Shown here: positions 34,307 to 45,643 of the stretch, piece by piece
Position numbering within the stretch: the stretch's first letter is position 1
Layout of the letters: every line of letters starts with the position of its first letter
Assembly: GCA_001600695.1 (NCBI GenBank)
Contig: BCKQ01000001.1
Coordinates: 1,405,950 to 1,469,949 of the forward strand
DNA from: Ascoidea asiatica JCM 7603
Taxonomy: Eukaryota; Fungi; Ascomycota
DNA: 64,000 nt
Direction: 5' to 3'
The notes under the pieces: model-generated
The model's input: the letters and a program-made list of their open reading frames with translations, nothing else
The model's database searches: none
What the model was told of the DNA's origin: nothing
Position numbers and translations under genes: made by a program

Positions 34307-37300
34307 GTGTGCTGTTGTTATTAAAACAACCCAGAATAATAAGACTACTTTGGATTTAAGCCAATTTCCTTTAAAAATTACCCTTTTTTGGAGTATTAGA
34401 GGAGATTACCACATAATGTTTCAACTTTTTTATCCACTTATCTTAAAATTTGGTATATTTATTCTTATATGATAATCGAATGTTAAATAACTTGAAGAAA
34501 AGTGGTTTTTGTGGCAATAATCAAAACTAGTTTTGAAATTCTTTTCAAACTTTAGGTAATTCAATTTCAAGAAATAAGAAAAGTGCTCTTGATTCAATAA
34601 AAGCATAGTGGTTTTTATGAGCGTTATTTTTTGAAAAGTTATTGATTGGAGATTCACCCATTTACGTATTTAGCAGAATTTGAACTACTATTAAAATAAA
34701 GTATGAAATTGAAACTTCGAGTTTTAAATCTACATTGATATTATATGTAATAGAAATATTTCTGTTATAATTCTTTTTTGACTCCTTTTATCTTTGTGAC
34801 CTAAATTCATATTTATTCTTCTTTAACTTAAATTGAATTTTTTTTCCAAAATACGTTTCTGTTATTTTTGAAAAGTTAGTTTCTCAAACTAATCTTATAC
34901 TTTTGGATATATCAAAACTTGGTACTCTTTGATAACATTTTTAATCTTTTATTTTGTTGATATGGCTTAGTTGAAGTTGAATTTCTTTTTCTTTCCCAGA
35001 CTTCAACAACCCAAAAAATAAAAGGATTTACATTTTCATGATGTCAATAAATGGTCATTTCTGAAATCGGAATTTAAGATTCTCAGATTTCTGCAGATCT
35101 CGTCTGCAGAGATTAGGTTTTGGTATAGAAGGCTTCCGTGCATTAAAATAATGCATAGAATACTTCCATGCATGTACACACAGTAGTGGCTGTTTCCATA
35201 TTGAATATTCGAAAATGAAACGTGGAATGGAAGGTTACAAAAAAAACAAGAATTTGGTAAAGATAATCAATTTCCAAAAACAAACAATTTTAGAATTCAA
35301 TTCGCGATATAAAAATTAAAAATACAAAGTTATTCATCGAAAATCATTTTTATATCAAATAGATTATTTATTTCGATAGGGAAACCTGATATTTATTCCA
35401 ATTCGCTAAATTTTCTAAATACATAGTGACGTTCGATAACAACATACCTTTTAACAATTAGTGAAATATTAGGTTATGATTAGATGATTTGAAAATAGTG
35501 TTAGTAGAAAAAGTTCTTACTAAAAAATCTTTTATTATAACTTACAAAAGGTTATTTCCTAAATAATATTTTCAGGGAAGAAATGGAGTGGCTTCAATGA
35601 GTTTTTTTTTAATTCGGTATCTTCAAAAGCAGCTATTCGTTATTGGTTTCAACTTTTATCTGAAGAAGCTAGTTGTCCTGGGATAGATTTGTTGTTTATA
35701 TTCAATTGGTTTTCAAATATGTTAAATTTTTAATGAATTAAAAAAATGGTTTTTAGATTGTACCCACTACTAGAATTCTATAATTATAATTGATGGTAGT
35801 TGTTGTAACGATTTAGTAAAAATTTTAACTTTATCAATATTTTCTATAATAAAAAAATATATTTTGAACCACTTTTTCTTCTTTGGTATCTTTTTTGAAT
35901 ATTCATTTCCCTTTGGGGTTCAAATTTAAATTCAACCAAGAAATTATTCACTTTTTTAAACTAGAAAATCAAATAAGAACTTTTGATTTTTGATACATTT
36001 GGGCGTATAGTACCTTTTTTAAAAAGTTAACTCTCATAATGTTATTCAATTATTTAACGAAATGAGGGGAATTGAATTATATTTCCACGAAAAAAAAAAA
36101 AAATAGATATTTTCTTTATTTATTATTCATTAAAATTATCTTTGAGGTACAAAAAATTTATCAACTCCGAGAATATTGGTAATTCAGTTTGTTTTAAAAA
36201 ATAATTTTCTTATAATATTTTATAAAAAACTTGGATTTAAAACCTGTTTTAGAAAACAAAACAACTAATTGTAACAATATTGTTGCAAAATCTTCTAAAA
36301 ACAAAAATATATAAGAAAATCTTTTTCTAATAAATGAAGTAATAAGTGACGAGAATAAATAAAATCAAAAATTTTAAGAATTTAAAGAACTCTAAAGCAT
36401 CTATTACTAGTATAAAATAATTATAGAAAAAGTATTATAGTAAAGTACAATATTATTAGAAACGTGAAAAAAAAAAAGTTAACTTGCCAAATATTCGATG
36501 TTTTTTTTGCATGTATCCTGCATCGTTCAGTTTTGCAAAAAAAGTACAACCAAATCCAAAACTATTTGTAAAGTTCACTTTCAAATAAAATATTTTGGCC
36601 TGAAAAGGAACAATAGTAATGATAGAATAAATGTTCCCAATATATTAATCAAAAATATATATTTCATACGTCTCAATTGGTAAAATCTTTGTTATTGTTC
36701 AAAAGAACCATATTACAATTATTATTATTCATAATTTTTGCTAAGAAATAGTGTTTTTAAGACAATTCTGAGTATTTGTATTAATAGTGATATTTTCACA
36801 GTTTTTGTAAATTTTTGTTCCGAAAACTTGGAGGTGAAAAAGTCTTTGCAAAGGTCAGAACACATCCAAAGCTACTCCTCAAAGAGGCTCAATTTGCAAA
36901 TTAAGGCATTCGTAATTGAGATTTCACTGAATTCACTGCCAAAGTCCACAAATCACAAGTCAGGCTTGTCTTCTTTGGGACGGAAACAAAATAACGGGAC
37001 AGACCAGCTCACCTGAAGTCAGGGTAACCAGAATTCAGTCCAGGAAGCTAGTGTCAAAGTTAATGTTAAGTTAACTTTTGTTTTTAAACAAATGTTGGTT
37101 ACTTACACAACCTGGGTTACTGGGGTAGTCAGTCTGCATTACATAGAAGTGCATTTACACCGGTTTTAGGCAGTGCATCACTTCTAACATAACGTTAACA
37201 CATAGGGGTCAACGTACTGGAGGAGAGATAAAAAAAGCATCCACGCTCTTAGGCTCGTGGTTGGCTTCCATGAACATTCGCAGACGTGGAGAATCTTTAA

Positions 37301-38498
37301 ACACTTACAGACGTGGAGAAACCAGATTGTGCAGTGCTCTGCAAAGGTGGTGGGTGTAGCAAAAACTTATTATTTCGTATAGCCTGCAGTACTTCTGTGT
37401 ATAGTTCTGAATTGAACTGTATTTATATGTTTTATTATGTGCTATACTGTATCTTCATATGCCATTACATTATCTAAGGTACTGTACTGTATAATTAACA
37501 ATTCAATACAATTATAACTTATTGGTATGACAATACCACTTTGTTAAATACCTTCAAAAACAACATTAATTGAGGTAACCTGAATACTATGGTAGACAAG
37601 AAATGATAACAATCAAATTCATGAAAACATGTTACTCTTGTAAAGTTATTCACTTTCATTATCGAAAAGAATCACTATTTCATCAAAATCACTCGAAGGA
37701 AAGAATATTGTATGTGGAAAGCTTAAAAAGGTTTAATTTTTCAAAAAAAAAAAAATCTGACAACATATAAATATGAATAGTCTGCTTAAGAGAATATTCA
37801 GGATTTAAGAGCATAAATTTAGAGGAAAAGGCCTGAACAATGAATCCTTAATCGAATAAAGAAAATTTGGGGAAGCGATTCGTAGTGATTGTTTTCTTTC
37901 AAATTAGAATCAAATAATTGATAATAACGAAGTTATAACAAAGGTATGGTGATTCTAGATTGAAATAATGAATATTTTCTAAAGATTTCAAAAAAAAATA
38001 ACAAGATATTTTATTCTTTTGCTTCTTAGAAAATTTTTGTTCCTTTTTTTTTTTAAGTGAATGGATCTCTTTTCAAAATTGAAAAAAAAACTATATCAAA
38101 ATTATTGAAAAAAATTTTCCAGTAAATTTCTCCATTGATTCAAATATGATGGCGATATAAAAGAGGCTGTGATATGGGGAGATAAAAATTATATTTCTGG
38201 TTGAAAAGTAGATTATTTATCTTTGTATAATCTTAATAGGTTCAATAATTACCTTTTTTTATTAATTCTCCTCAGAAATATTTTCACTTGACATGAATAA
38301 ACATTATTTATGAACTGATATTTATTCAAACAAATTTTTGTGGTTCAATCTACTTTTAAAATCAATTAACTTTAAATCAAAAAAAAGAAATATTTATTAT
38401 CAGTTGAAGGTGATCACAACGGGGCTTGTAGTCTTTAGATTTAGTTAAAGGGTTTTGCGAAAAATTTATTCAATTAATGTTTTTCAAATTATCCTTAA

Positions 38499-38606
38499 AA
38501 CTATTCTTGTAACTATTGTTATAACTATTGTTAAAAGTATTCCTGTAACTGCTGTTAAAACCGTTACTTAGACTGTTATAAAAACTGTTATTAAAACAGC
38601 TGTTTA
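38499..38606. repeat. Degenerate 12-bp minisatellite (AACTRTTGTTAW-like, ~9 copies)
   Basis: aactattcttgt aactattgttat aactattgttaa aagtattcctgt aactgctgttaa aaccgttactta gactgttataaa aactgttattaa aacagctgttta. Confidence 0.7.
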
Positions 38607-41600
38607 ATCTGATTTTGATTCAGAATCGAATAAGATAAGGGTTAAACGTTATGTAACAGATTTTTTTTTTCAAACACAGCTCATTTTATATATCTATTGG
38701 GTGATATATTTTTGATTATGATGTGAATTTTATTAATTAACTCCTTAATGTTTTTAATAATTGTTTTATATGTTTTAAATTCTCTACTGTTATCGGTAGC
38801 CTGGAAGCGTTATAATAATACTGTTTTTCATGGGCTGAATATAATTATGTATCTAGATAACGATCCTTCTTTTGTTTGAATTTATTTTCTTATATTGAGA
38901 GTACTATTGTTGTATTAGTAATACTAATAATAGTAATTATACGTTATAAATGGTTGTAAAAAGATGTTGCAAAGTAAAGCTACAGAAATATTCAATTGAA
39001 TCTTTCTTTGGAAGTAAGAAAATTATGCCCAATGATTTTTAGTTACAATAAAAATTCTAAAACCTCCTAAATTTTCAAAATTTTCTAAACCATTATTCAA
39101 TATAAGGAATAATAGTAGTTATAATAAAATAATATAGTAATATAATACTTTTTTGAGAAAAAAGTAGTGAAGTTAGGGCAGTATTAAAACATAAAAAGAC
39201 TCAAAGGTATTTTTTTTGCCTCAATAAAAAATAATTATTTTATTCTAATACTTTTTCAATACGAATTTACTTCAATTTTTGAAAAATAGTATGCTAAACA
39301 TGCAACGTGTGACCTCGCCTTTAATTAAGTTTATTACTGATAATTTTCATAATCATCTTGATAATTATTTTCATAATTTATTTATTATCCTGATTTTTTC
39401 AAATAATATTAATAATAATAATGATGTTTTACACAAAGAAAAAAAATAAACGATAAAATTATTTACTATATTAAAATCCAAACATAACTTATTCAAATGA
39501 TAATTTTCCAGAGTAAATATAATTTGAAGTTATGGATTTTTATAAGGTTAAATAAAACTTATAATTTGATACTAAATTTATTTTACAAAAAACTATTTTT
39601 TAATATTTTAATAATGAACCCTAGTCAAATAAATAGTTTAGTTATCAAAAAGTATTAGATAACTTATTCTAGTTAGGAGAATATCCATAAAGAGGTTATA
39701 AACTGAAAAAACTAAAGTAAAATTAACCGAGAATATTAGATATTAAAACTAATATATTTATGACTCTGAAAAGAAACTAATAATCTACAATAACTTTATT
39801 AGTCTTATTGATATTAAATTAGATATGTAATTGCTATTCCATTATTTCCAAAGGATTTTTATTTTCTTTTTCATGATTTTTCCTGTGAATAAATGACAAA
39901 CATATATTTTGTGTTTCTGTTTTAAAGAATTCAAAAATGTTTTTTTTTTCAATTATTATAAAAGCATGATAAACAAAATCTTGAATATAATGCTTTAGAA
40001 AAGCTTCAATAATTCGGTTTGTTAACAGAACTTTGATAACTAAAAACTATAAGATTTTTGAGGTTTTTAAGAATGTTAAAGACAAAATAAAAAACCTTTT
40101 AGATTATCATAAAATCACAAGATTTGTTATTTATCTATATATTAGCATACATAGAAAGATTGAAATAAATAACTAAGCACTAAGCAAACCTACGAAAGTG
40201 TTAAATTAAAATAAACAGCCAGCTTTTGAATAAAAATGAATGCTCATTATCCAAGGTCAATTCACCACCCAATTCAGTTCTATTTATCATTTTGATTCAG
40301 CTCAAAACACACCTTTTTTTCAATCCGACACAGACTAGATTTGTTGGCTTTGGAATCCTCAGAGGTTTAGAGCAAAACAACCTTTGGGTGGTGGTCTGGG
40401 TGTGGGCAATATTTCAATATTTTGGGACTACAATTGAGTCTAAAATAGATCCGAGAACAGTGCAGAGCTCGGTGTATTATGTAAGCAAGCCTGGAATAAT
40501 GGAACCTCTGCGTGCCCCCAAGGAAATCTGGCTAGGCTGTTTGAGGGCGCTTGTGGAGGCAAACATGCAGATAGCCAGCATCTCTACGTGTACACCACTG
40601 ACAAAAAAGTAAAGTAATCAAACATGCTTCGCCGAAGAATTGTAAAACCAAGTCTAATTTTGCCGATCATCTCCGGGAATTATGTTTTTCCGTTCAATGT
40701 TAGAATTTACCAAAAACATCCCGTGGGCGTCACTGGTACTTGAACTCTAATGGCATTTGGTTCACTGTCGGGATTTGACTACGGTAAATAACCTATTATG
40801 GTATATTTTTAGGGTAAGCTTGTTGGTAATATAGGACAGTAGCTATCCTGGAATTATTTTCCTAGCTTTTTCAGCAATATTATTTATTATTATTATTATA
40901 TGATAATTTTATAGAAAGCAAACAAAATGAAAAGAAGTTTCAAAATCATTTGATTTGGTATAGTGGAAATTATAATATTGGACTTCTGTTGAGTGTTATC
41001 TTGATACAATCGTGAGATCTAAAAGGCCTTAGAATTAATTTATTCGATTCTTTTGTTTAATATTGCAGCAAAGTTTGAAACTTTTATTAAGACAGGTACT
41101 TAATTTTCCCCTGTATATTTGTAGTGTGTGTAGTGTAACTTACTATATTTCAATCTATACAGTTGCGGAGATTAAGAAATATCAAAATATATTAGCCTAG
41201 AAAAAAAAGATAAGATTATCTCTCTACAACTAGTACGAGTAGTTTAGTCACAATTAAAAAGTTAAAGGGCATATTTGTATCAAAAGTGAGATTTTTTGTA
41301 AAGTAAATTGAACAAAAGTCAGTATTCCAGTACTATTCAATCTTTTTTCTATTCCATATTTGAATAATGAAAACTTCTCGTAAAACTAGTTTTTTGTTCT
41401 AAAAGAAAAAAAATAGAATACTACTACTATCTTGAAAAGACATTTTAATTAAACTATTAGCAGGGCTCATTTTTCAAAGGCTTTGACAAAATAGACAAAG
41501 TATTAAAAGGATTAATTAAAACAACGATAGTTAAATTTGAAAGGTACTAAAGAACGCAATAAAATTCAGTTATGTTTTTCAGTGTAAAATGTTTGTCATT

Positions 41601-43795
41601 TTTTTTTTTTTTGGCTTTGGTGTAGATGAAAAAAATTATTGACCAATATTATTACGGTAAAAATTCTGTGGTATTTATTGATTTTAGTTTACTCGGGATA
41701 CCATTTTCAAACTATGCAGACACTGTTATATTCTGATACGTTCTTTTAAATTGAAATCAAATTACTGCTTGAATCTTATAATTGATAAAAAAAAAAAATA
41801 TCCATTACCTAAGATTTTATTATTCATATATTATTATTCATCAATACTATAAAACACTATCATATCTTTTCTAATTAGCACTAAACATTTCTTTTGTATT
41901 ATACTCTTACCCTGATTAAGCTTAAATGAGGAGAGGTTGACTTTAATTTAAATCTTTTTTTTTTTTTTTGGCCGAATTTGAATAATGTTATCCTAACAAA
42001 GCAGCTAGGCTCTTTCGGATCAATTGAGAAGTAAAACGTAAAAAATAACGTTAACGTTAATTTTCATCACGCAGTAAAACAAACGCGTTCAAAATAAAAA
42101 TTAGTCTTTAAGAAATTGTTCTCTTGCCGATTTTTTCTTCCAAATAAATTCATTAGAACGGCATATTCCGTTCTTAGAAGCGTTGCAATCTTTGAGCATT
42201 TGTGAAAGTGAATACTTTTTAAATTTCATTTCCCAAAATCGAGAAACCTTATCAGGGTCGTTCACATAAAGTACTATATTGTATACTTATAGATTTACAG
42301 TGGGTAAATAGCAAAAATGTATGAGCAACTTCATATCTTGAATCTTGGAATAAGATTCTTTCTCTTGTACTGTGGTTTTACGTGTATACAACTTAGCCAT
42401 GAAAATAAACAAAAAAGAACTAGTCTGCTATTCGCCTGTGCAATCAAAACATATGCAAAAATATGCTTACAAAGCTTTATTCACAGTATACTGCTGCACA
42501 ACTGTGCAAAAGAGAAAACTCACCATGTACAAAAAACTATGTTTAATTAGAAAATTCTCCATCCAAATAAAAACTTGCACAAAGTTATTCATTTTATTAC
42601 CGTGTACAAACTTTACCATCACCATATCCACACGTTCGTACACTGTTAACTTCCTTTTTTTTTTTTCTTTACTCTTTTCTTCTACTGAATGAATGTGGAT
42701 GTGTACAAAATAGATTTTTGCAGTTTGAAACCGGAGAATACAGACAGCAGGAAAGCTGGACCTGTATAAAAGATGTCATTGGCAAAAATCCGTAGAAAAC
42801 TTTCTTGTAACCTCAACAAAAATATATCGCAGAACTTGTGGACATCTACAAATACATAACTTTACATTAAATAAACCTAATTAAAAACAAATCTCACACA
42901 AACAAACAAAAAGATAGAAGATAATGTATGAAGTGTACACACTTCCAAACACACTTTTGCGCAGAGCCAAATAGAACAAATTTGAAAAAAGGGGCTTTGA
43001 TTATCAAAAAGTATGTTTTTATTAAGTTAAGCTAGTTGCAACTCTAAACAAACCTAGCGATTTATTTTGGGTTACTATCAATATTGTTGTTACATACTAC
43101 TACGAATAGTACACTACACAACACTAGTAGTAATAATGATATCAAGATTCAGTATTAAAAAAACTACATAATATACTAAATTTATGAGATAATTATTAAA
43201 TTACAATTTAAAATACATACTTCTTGTGGTATACGTATGCACGTAAACTAAATATTAATTAATAAGTATTTAATATCAATATAATATTATTTATGAGAGA
43301 ATAACTTTTGGTATTATTCTGCAAGACCACGCACCGAAGAAACTTTCGCTAGATTCTATACTTTTACTGCTTGTAACTTCGCAAATTGTTATTACTATTA
43401 CTATTGCTTGAGTGGTAACTAAGCAATAAATTAGTAGAAATCTTCTTCCCTGCCATACGCGCAAAGCAAAAACACTCTCATTTTTAAAAAAATTGATCTC
43501 AATTATGAGCAAACAGTTTGAATATAAAAAACCTTGTTTTCCTCTCGAATTATTCTATTATTCTTTTTTTTGTTTTTTTATTATTTTTTATTATTTGGTT
43601 AATCAATTAATTTATTCAAATATAAATTATTATACAATTATAAATACTCTCTATATTAAGCATATTTTCAAATTATATTTTTTTCATTTTATATCATTAT
43701 ACTTTTTTTTCCTTATTATATATTCTATTTTTCAAAATTTCCTTATAAATATTCAACTTTATAAATTAGCTATATTATACATTTTATAAAATCAA

Positions 43796-45643
43796 ATGCT
43801 GCAATTTTCTTCTTCAAATATTCCTCCATTTTTCGATTTTGATAATATGAATATAAATAACATGAGTTTAAACAATTTCAATAATATAAATGGTGTTAAT
43901 AATTTAAGGGTAAATACTCCAACTTTAAATTATGAGTCAATTAATTCTCCAAATCCTTCAGTTTCAACCAATACAAATCAAAATTCAGATAATTTGAACA
44001 TGAATTTAAATTTTGATCAATTTATAAAATCTGAACCTTGTAATACTCCTCCACTTCCTCCAAATCAAATGAATTCATTATTAAATCCAAATATCTTTAA
44101 TAATCAAATCAATAATCAACTTTTATTTCAAAATATTTCAAATGAACAATTTTCAAATTCTAATTATAATATGAATGATGATAATAATAACAATAATAAT
44201 AATAATAATAGTTTACTTAATCTTAACTTGAATGCTCAAGATGCTAAAAATCAATATATTAATATGATTGGTTTACAACAACTTCAATCTCAATCACACC
44301 AACAACAACAACATTCACAACCTCCATTATTCAATTTAAACAATCAATTATTTCCACATTCAAATCAATCTTTATTATATGGAGATTTTTTCATTTCACA
44401 ACAATATCTTCATAATTCAGATCATTCTGATTTTGCTACAAGTACAACTTTAAATAATTTCTCTGATTTTCCAACTTCTCCTGCTTTAGATGATACAATT
44501 TCAACTAGAAGAACTAGCATTATCAGTGAACCTTCAACTATGTCAAGTATGCTGGGTTCTCCATTTTCTGTTTCTTCAAATGCTACTGCTATTACTGATA
44601 TGAATATTACTCCTTATACTCATACTCCACAAAATAAATTATTTTTAGATCCTAATGTACAATTTCCTACAAATAATTTCAATATTAATAATTATAATCT
44701 TAATCATAATATTAATCCAAATCTTAATCATAATCTTTTAAATATTAATTCAATTCAACAAAATGATCATACTCCACTTATGAGTAAATATCCTTCAAGT
44801 AAATTTAGAGTTGTAAGAGGTGTTAGTTCTGGTGGTAGTGCAACAAGACCTCCAAGAAGTTCAAGAAGTCATTCTCATGTTCGTTATATTCCAGTTTCAT
44901 TAAATTTAGAAAATATTTCTGTTAAATCTTTATGTAATCCAGATTGGAATAAAGAAGAAAAACTTGATCAAAGAAGAATTATTAGAATTGAAAGAAGACA
45001 AAGTGGTTCAAAAATAACGGCAACTTTTTCAATTGTTGGATCTGCTAAAGAAAATCCAAAACCTAAACCCGCTTCAAGTGATTGTGAAGTTTTAGAAATT
45101 AGTTGTCTTGAATCTTTTAGTGATATAGATAATGGTAATAGTGCTGAAGGTAAAAAGAAAGCATATTATATTACTAGTGTTGAAGTTATTAAAATTGTTG
45201 AATTATTAATTAGTACTGAATTAAGTGATGCTGCTGAAAAAAGACGTGAAAGAGGTAGAATAAGATCTAATTTAGTACCATTTTGGTCAAAAAAAATCTC
45301 AACAAGACCAACATCAAGATATACATCTCCAAATTGTAATTCTTCAAGTTCTGCTTCTAATTCAAGTTCAAGTTTAAGTCCAAAAGTGAAATGTAAAGAA
45401 GAATCTCCTGAAAGTTCAGGAATAAATTCAAGATCAAGTTCACCGATTTCAAGTTCAACAAAACCAATTGAAGAATATAAAGTTCTTTTAGCTAAAAGAA
45501 TTATGGGATATGAAATTAGAAAACCAAGAGGTTTTGATAAAGAAGTTAGAATTTTACAATGGGAAAATCTTGAATTAGGTTTAAAAAGAGCATTACAAAG
45601 TTATTATGTTGAAATACCTTATAGTGAAAATATCAATTTTTAA
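43796..45643 (+). CDS. Medusa (MedA/DUF7082)-like developmental transcription regulator
   Basis: N/Q-rich N-terminus. The C-terminal domain W..EE...RRII...R.Q.G..I...F, ISC, YYITSVEVIKIVELL, E..RIRSNL, IMGY..RKPR..DKEVRIL.W..L..L has the recalled MedA-family pattern. Confidence 0.7.
   Translation: MLQFSSSNIPPFFDFDNMNINNMSLNNFNNINGVNNLRVNTPTLNYESINSPNPSVSTNTNQNSDNLNMNLNFDQFIKSEPCNTPPLPPNQMNSLLNPNIFNNQINNQLLFQNISNEQFSNSNYNMNDDNNNNNNNNNSLLNLNLNAQDAKNQYINMIGLQQLQSQSHQQQQHSQPPLFNLNNQLFPHSNQSLLYGDFFISQQYLHNSDHSDFATSTTLNNFSDFPTSPALDDTISTRRTSIISEPSTMSSMLGSPFSVSSNATAITDMNITPYTHTPQNKLFLDPNVQFPTNNFNINNYNLNHNINPNLNHNLLNINSIQQNDHTPLMSKYPSSKFRVVRGVSSGGSATRPPRSSRSHSHVRYIPVSLNLENISVKSLCNPDWNKEEKLDQRRIIRIERRQSGSKITATFSIVGSAKENPKPKPASSDCEVLEISCLESFSDIDNGNSAEGKKKAYYITSVEVIKIVELLISTELSDAAEKRRERGRIRSNLVPFWSKKISTRPTSRYTSPNCNSSSSASNSSSSLSPKVKCKEESPESSGINSRSSSPISSSTKPIEEYKVLLAKRIMGYEIRKPRGFDKEVRILQWENLELGLKRALQSYYVEIPYSENINF

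Noticed and set aside
38415-38435. ACAACGGGGCTTG (and GGGGCTTAC at ~47177) resembling the RNase MRP CR-V motif
   Set aside because: No upstream GAAAGTC(C/T)CC CR-I partner to form helix P4.
40226-40612. 128-aa ORF, and the similar 151-aa ORF at 50811..51266
   Set aside because: Non-ATG starts, atypical codon usage and no domain; both coincide with GC-richer non-coding modules.
34400-43400. Possible LTR or transposon remnants in the gene desert
   Set aside because: I could not see TG...CA-bounded direct repeats, terminal inverted repeats, or gag/pol/transposase motifs; highly decayed elements cannot be excluded without a search.
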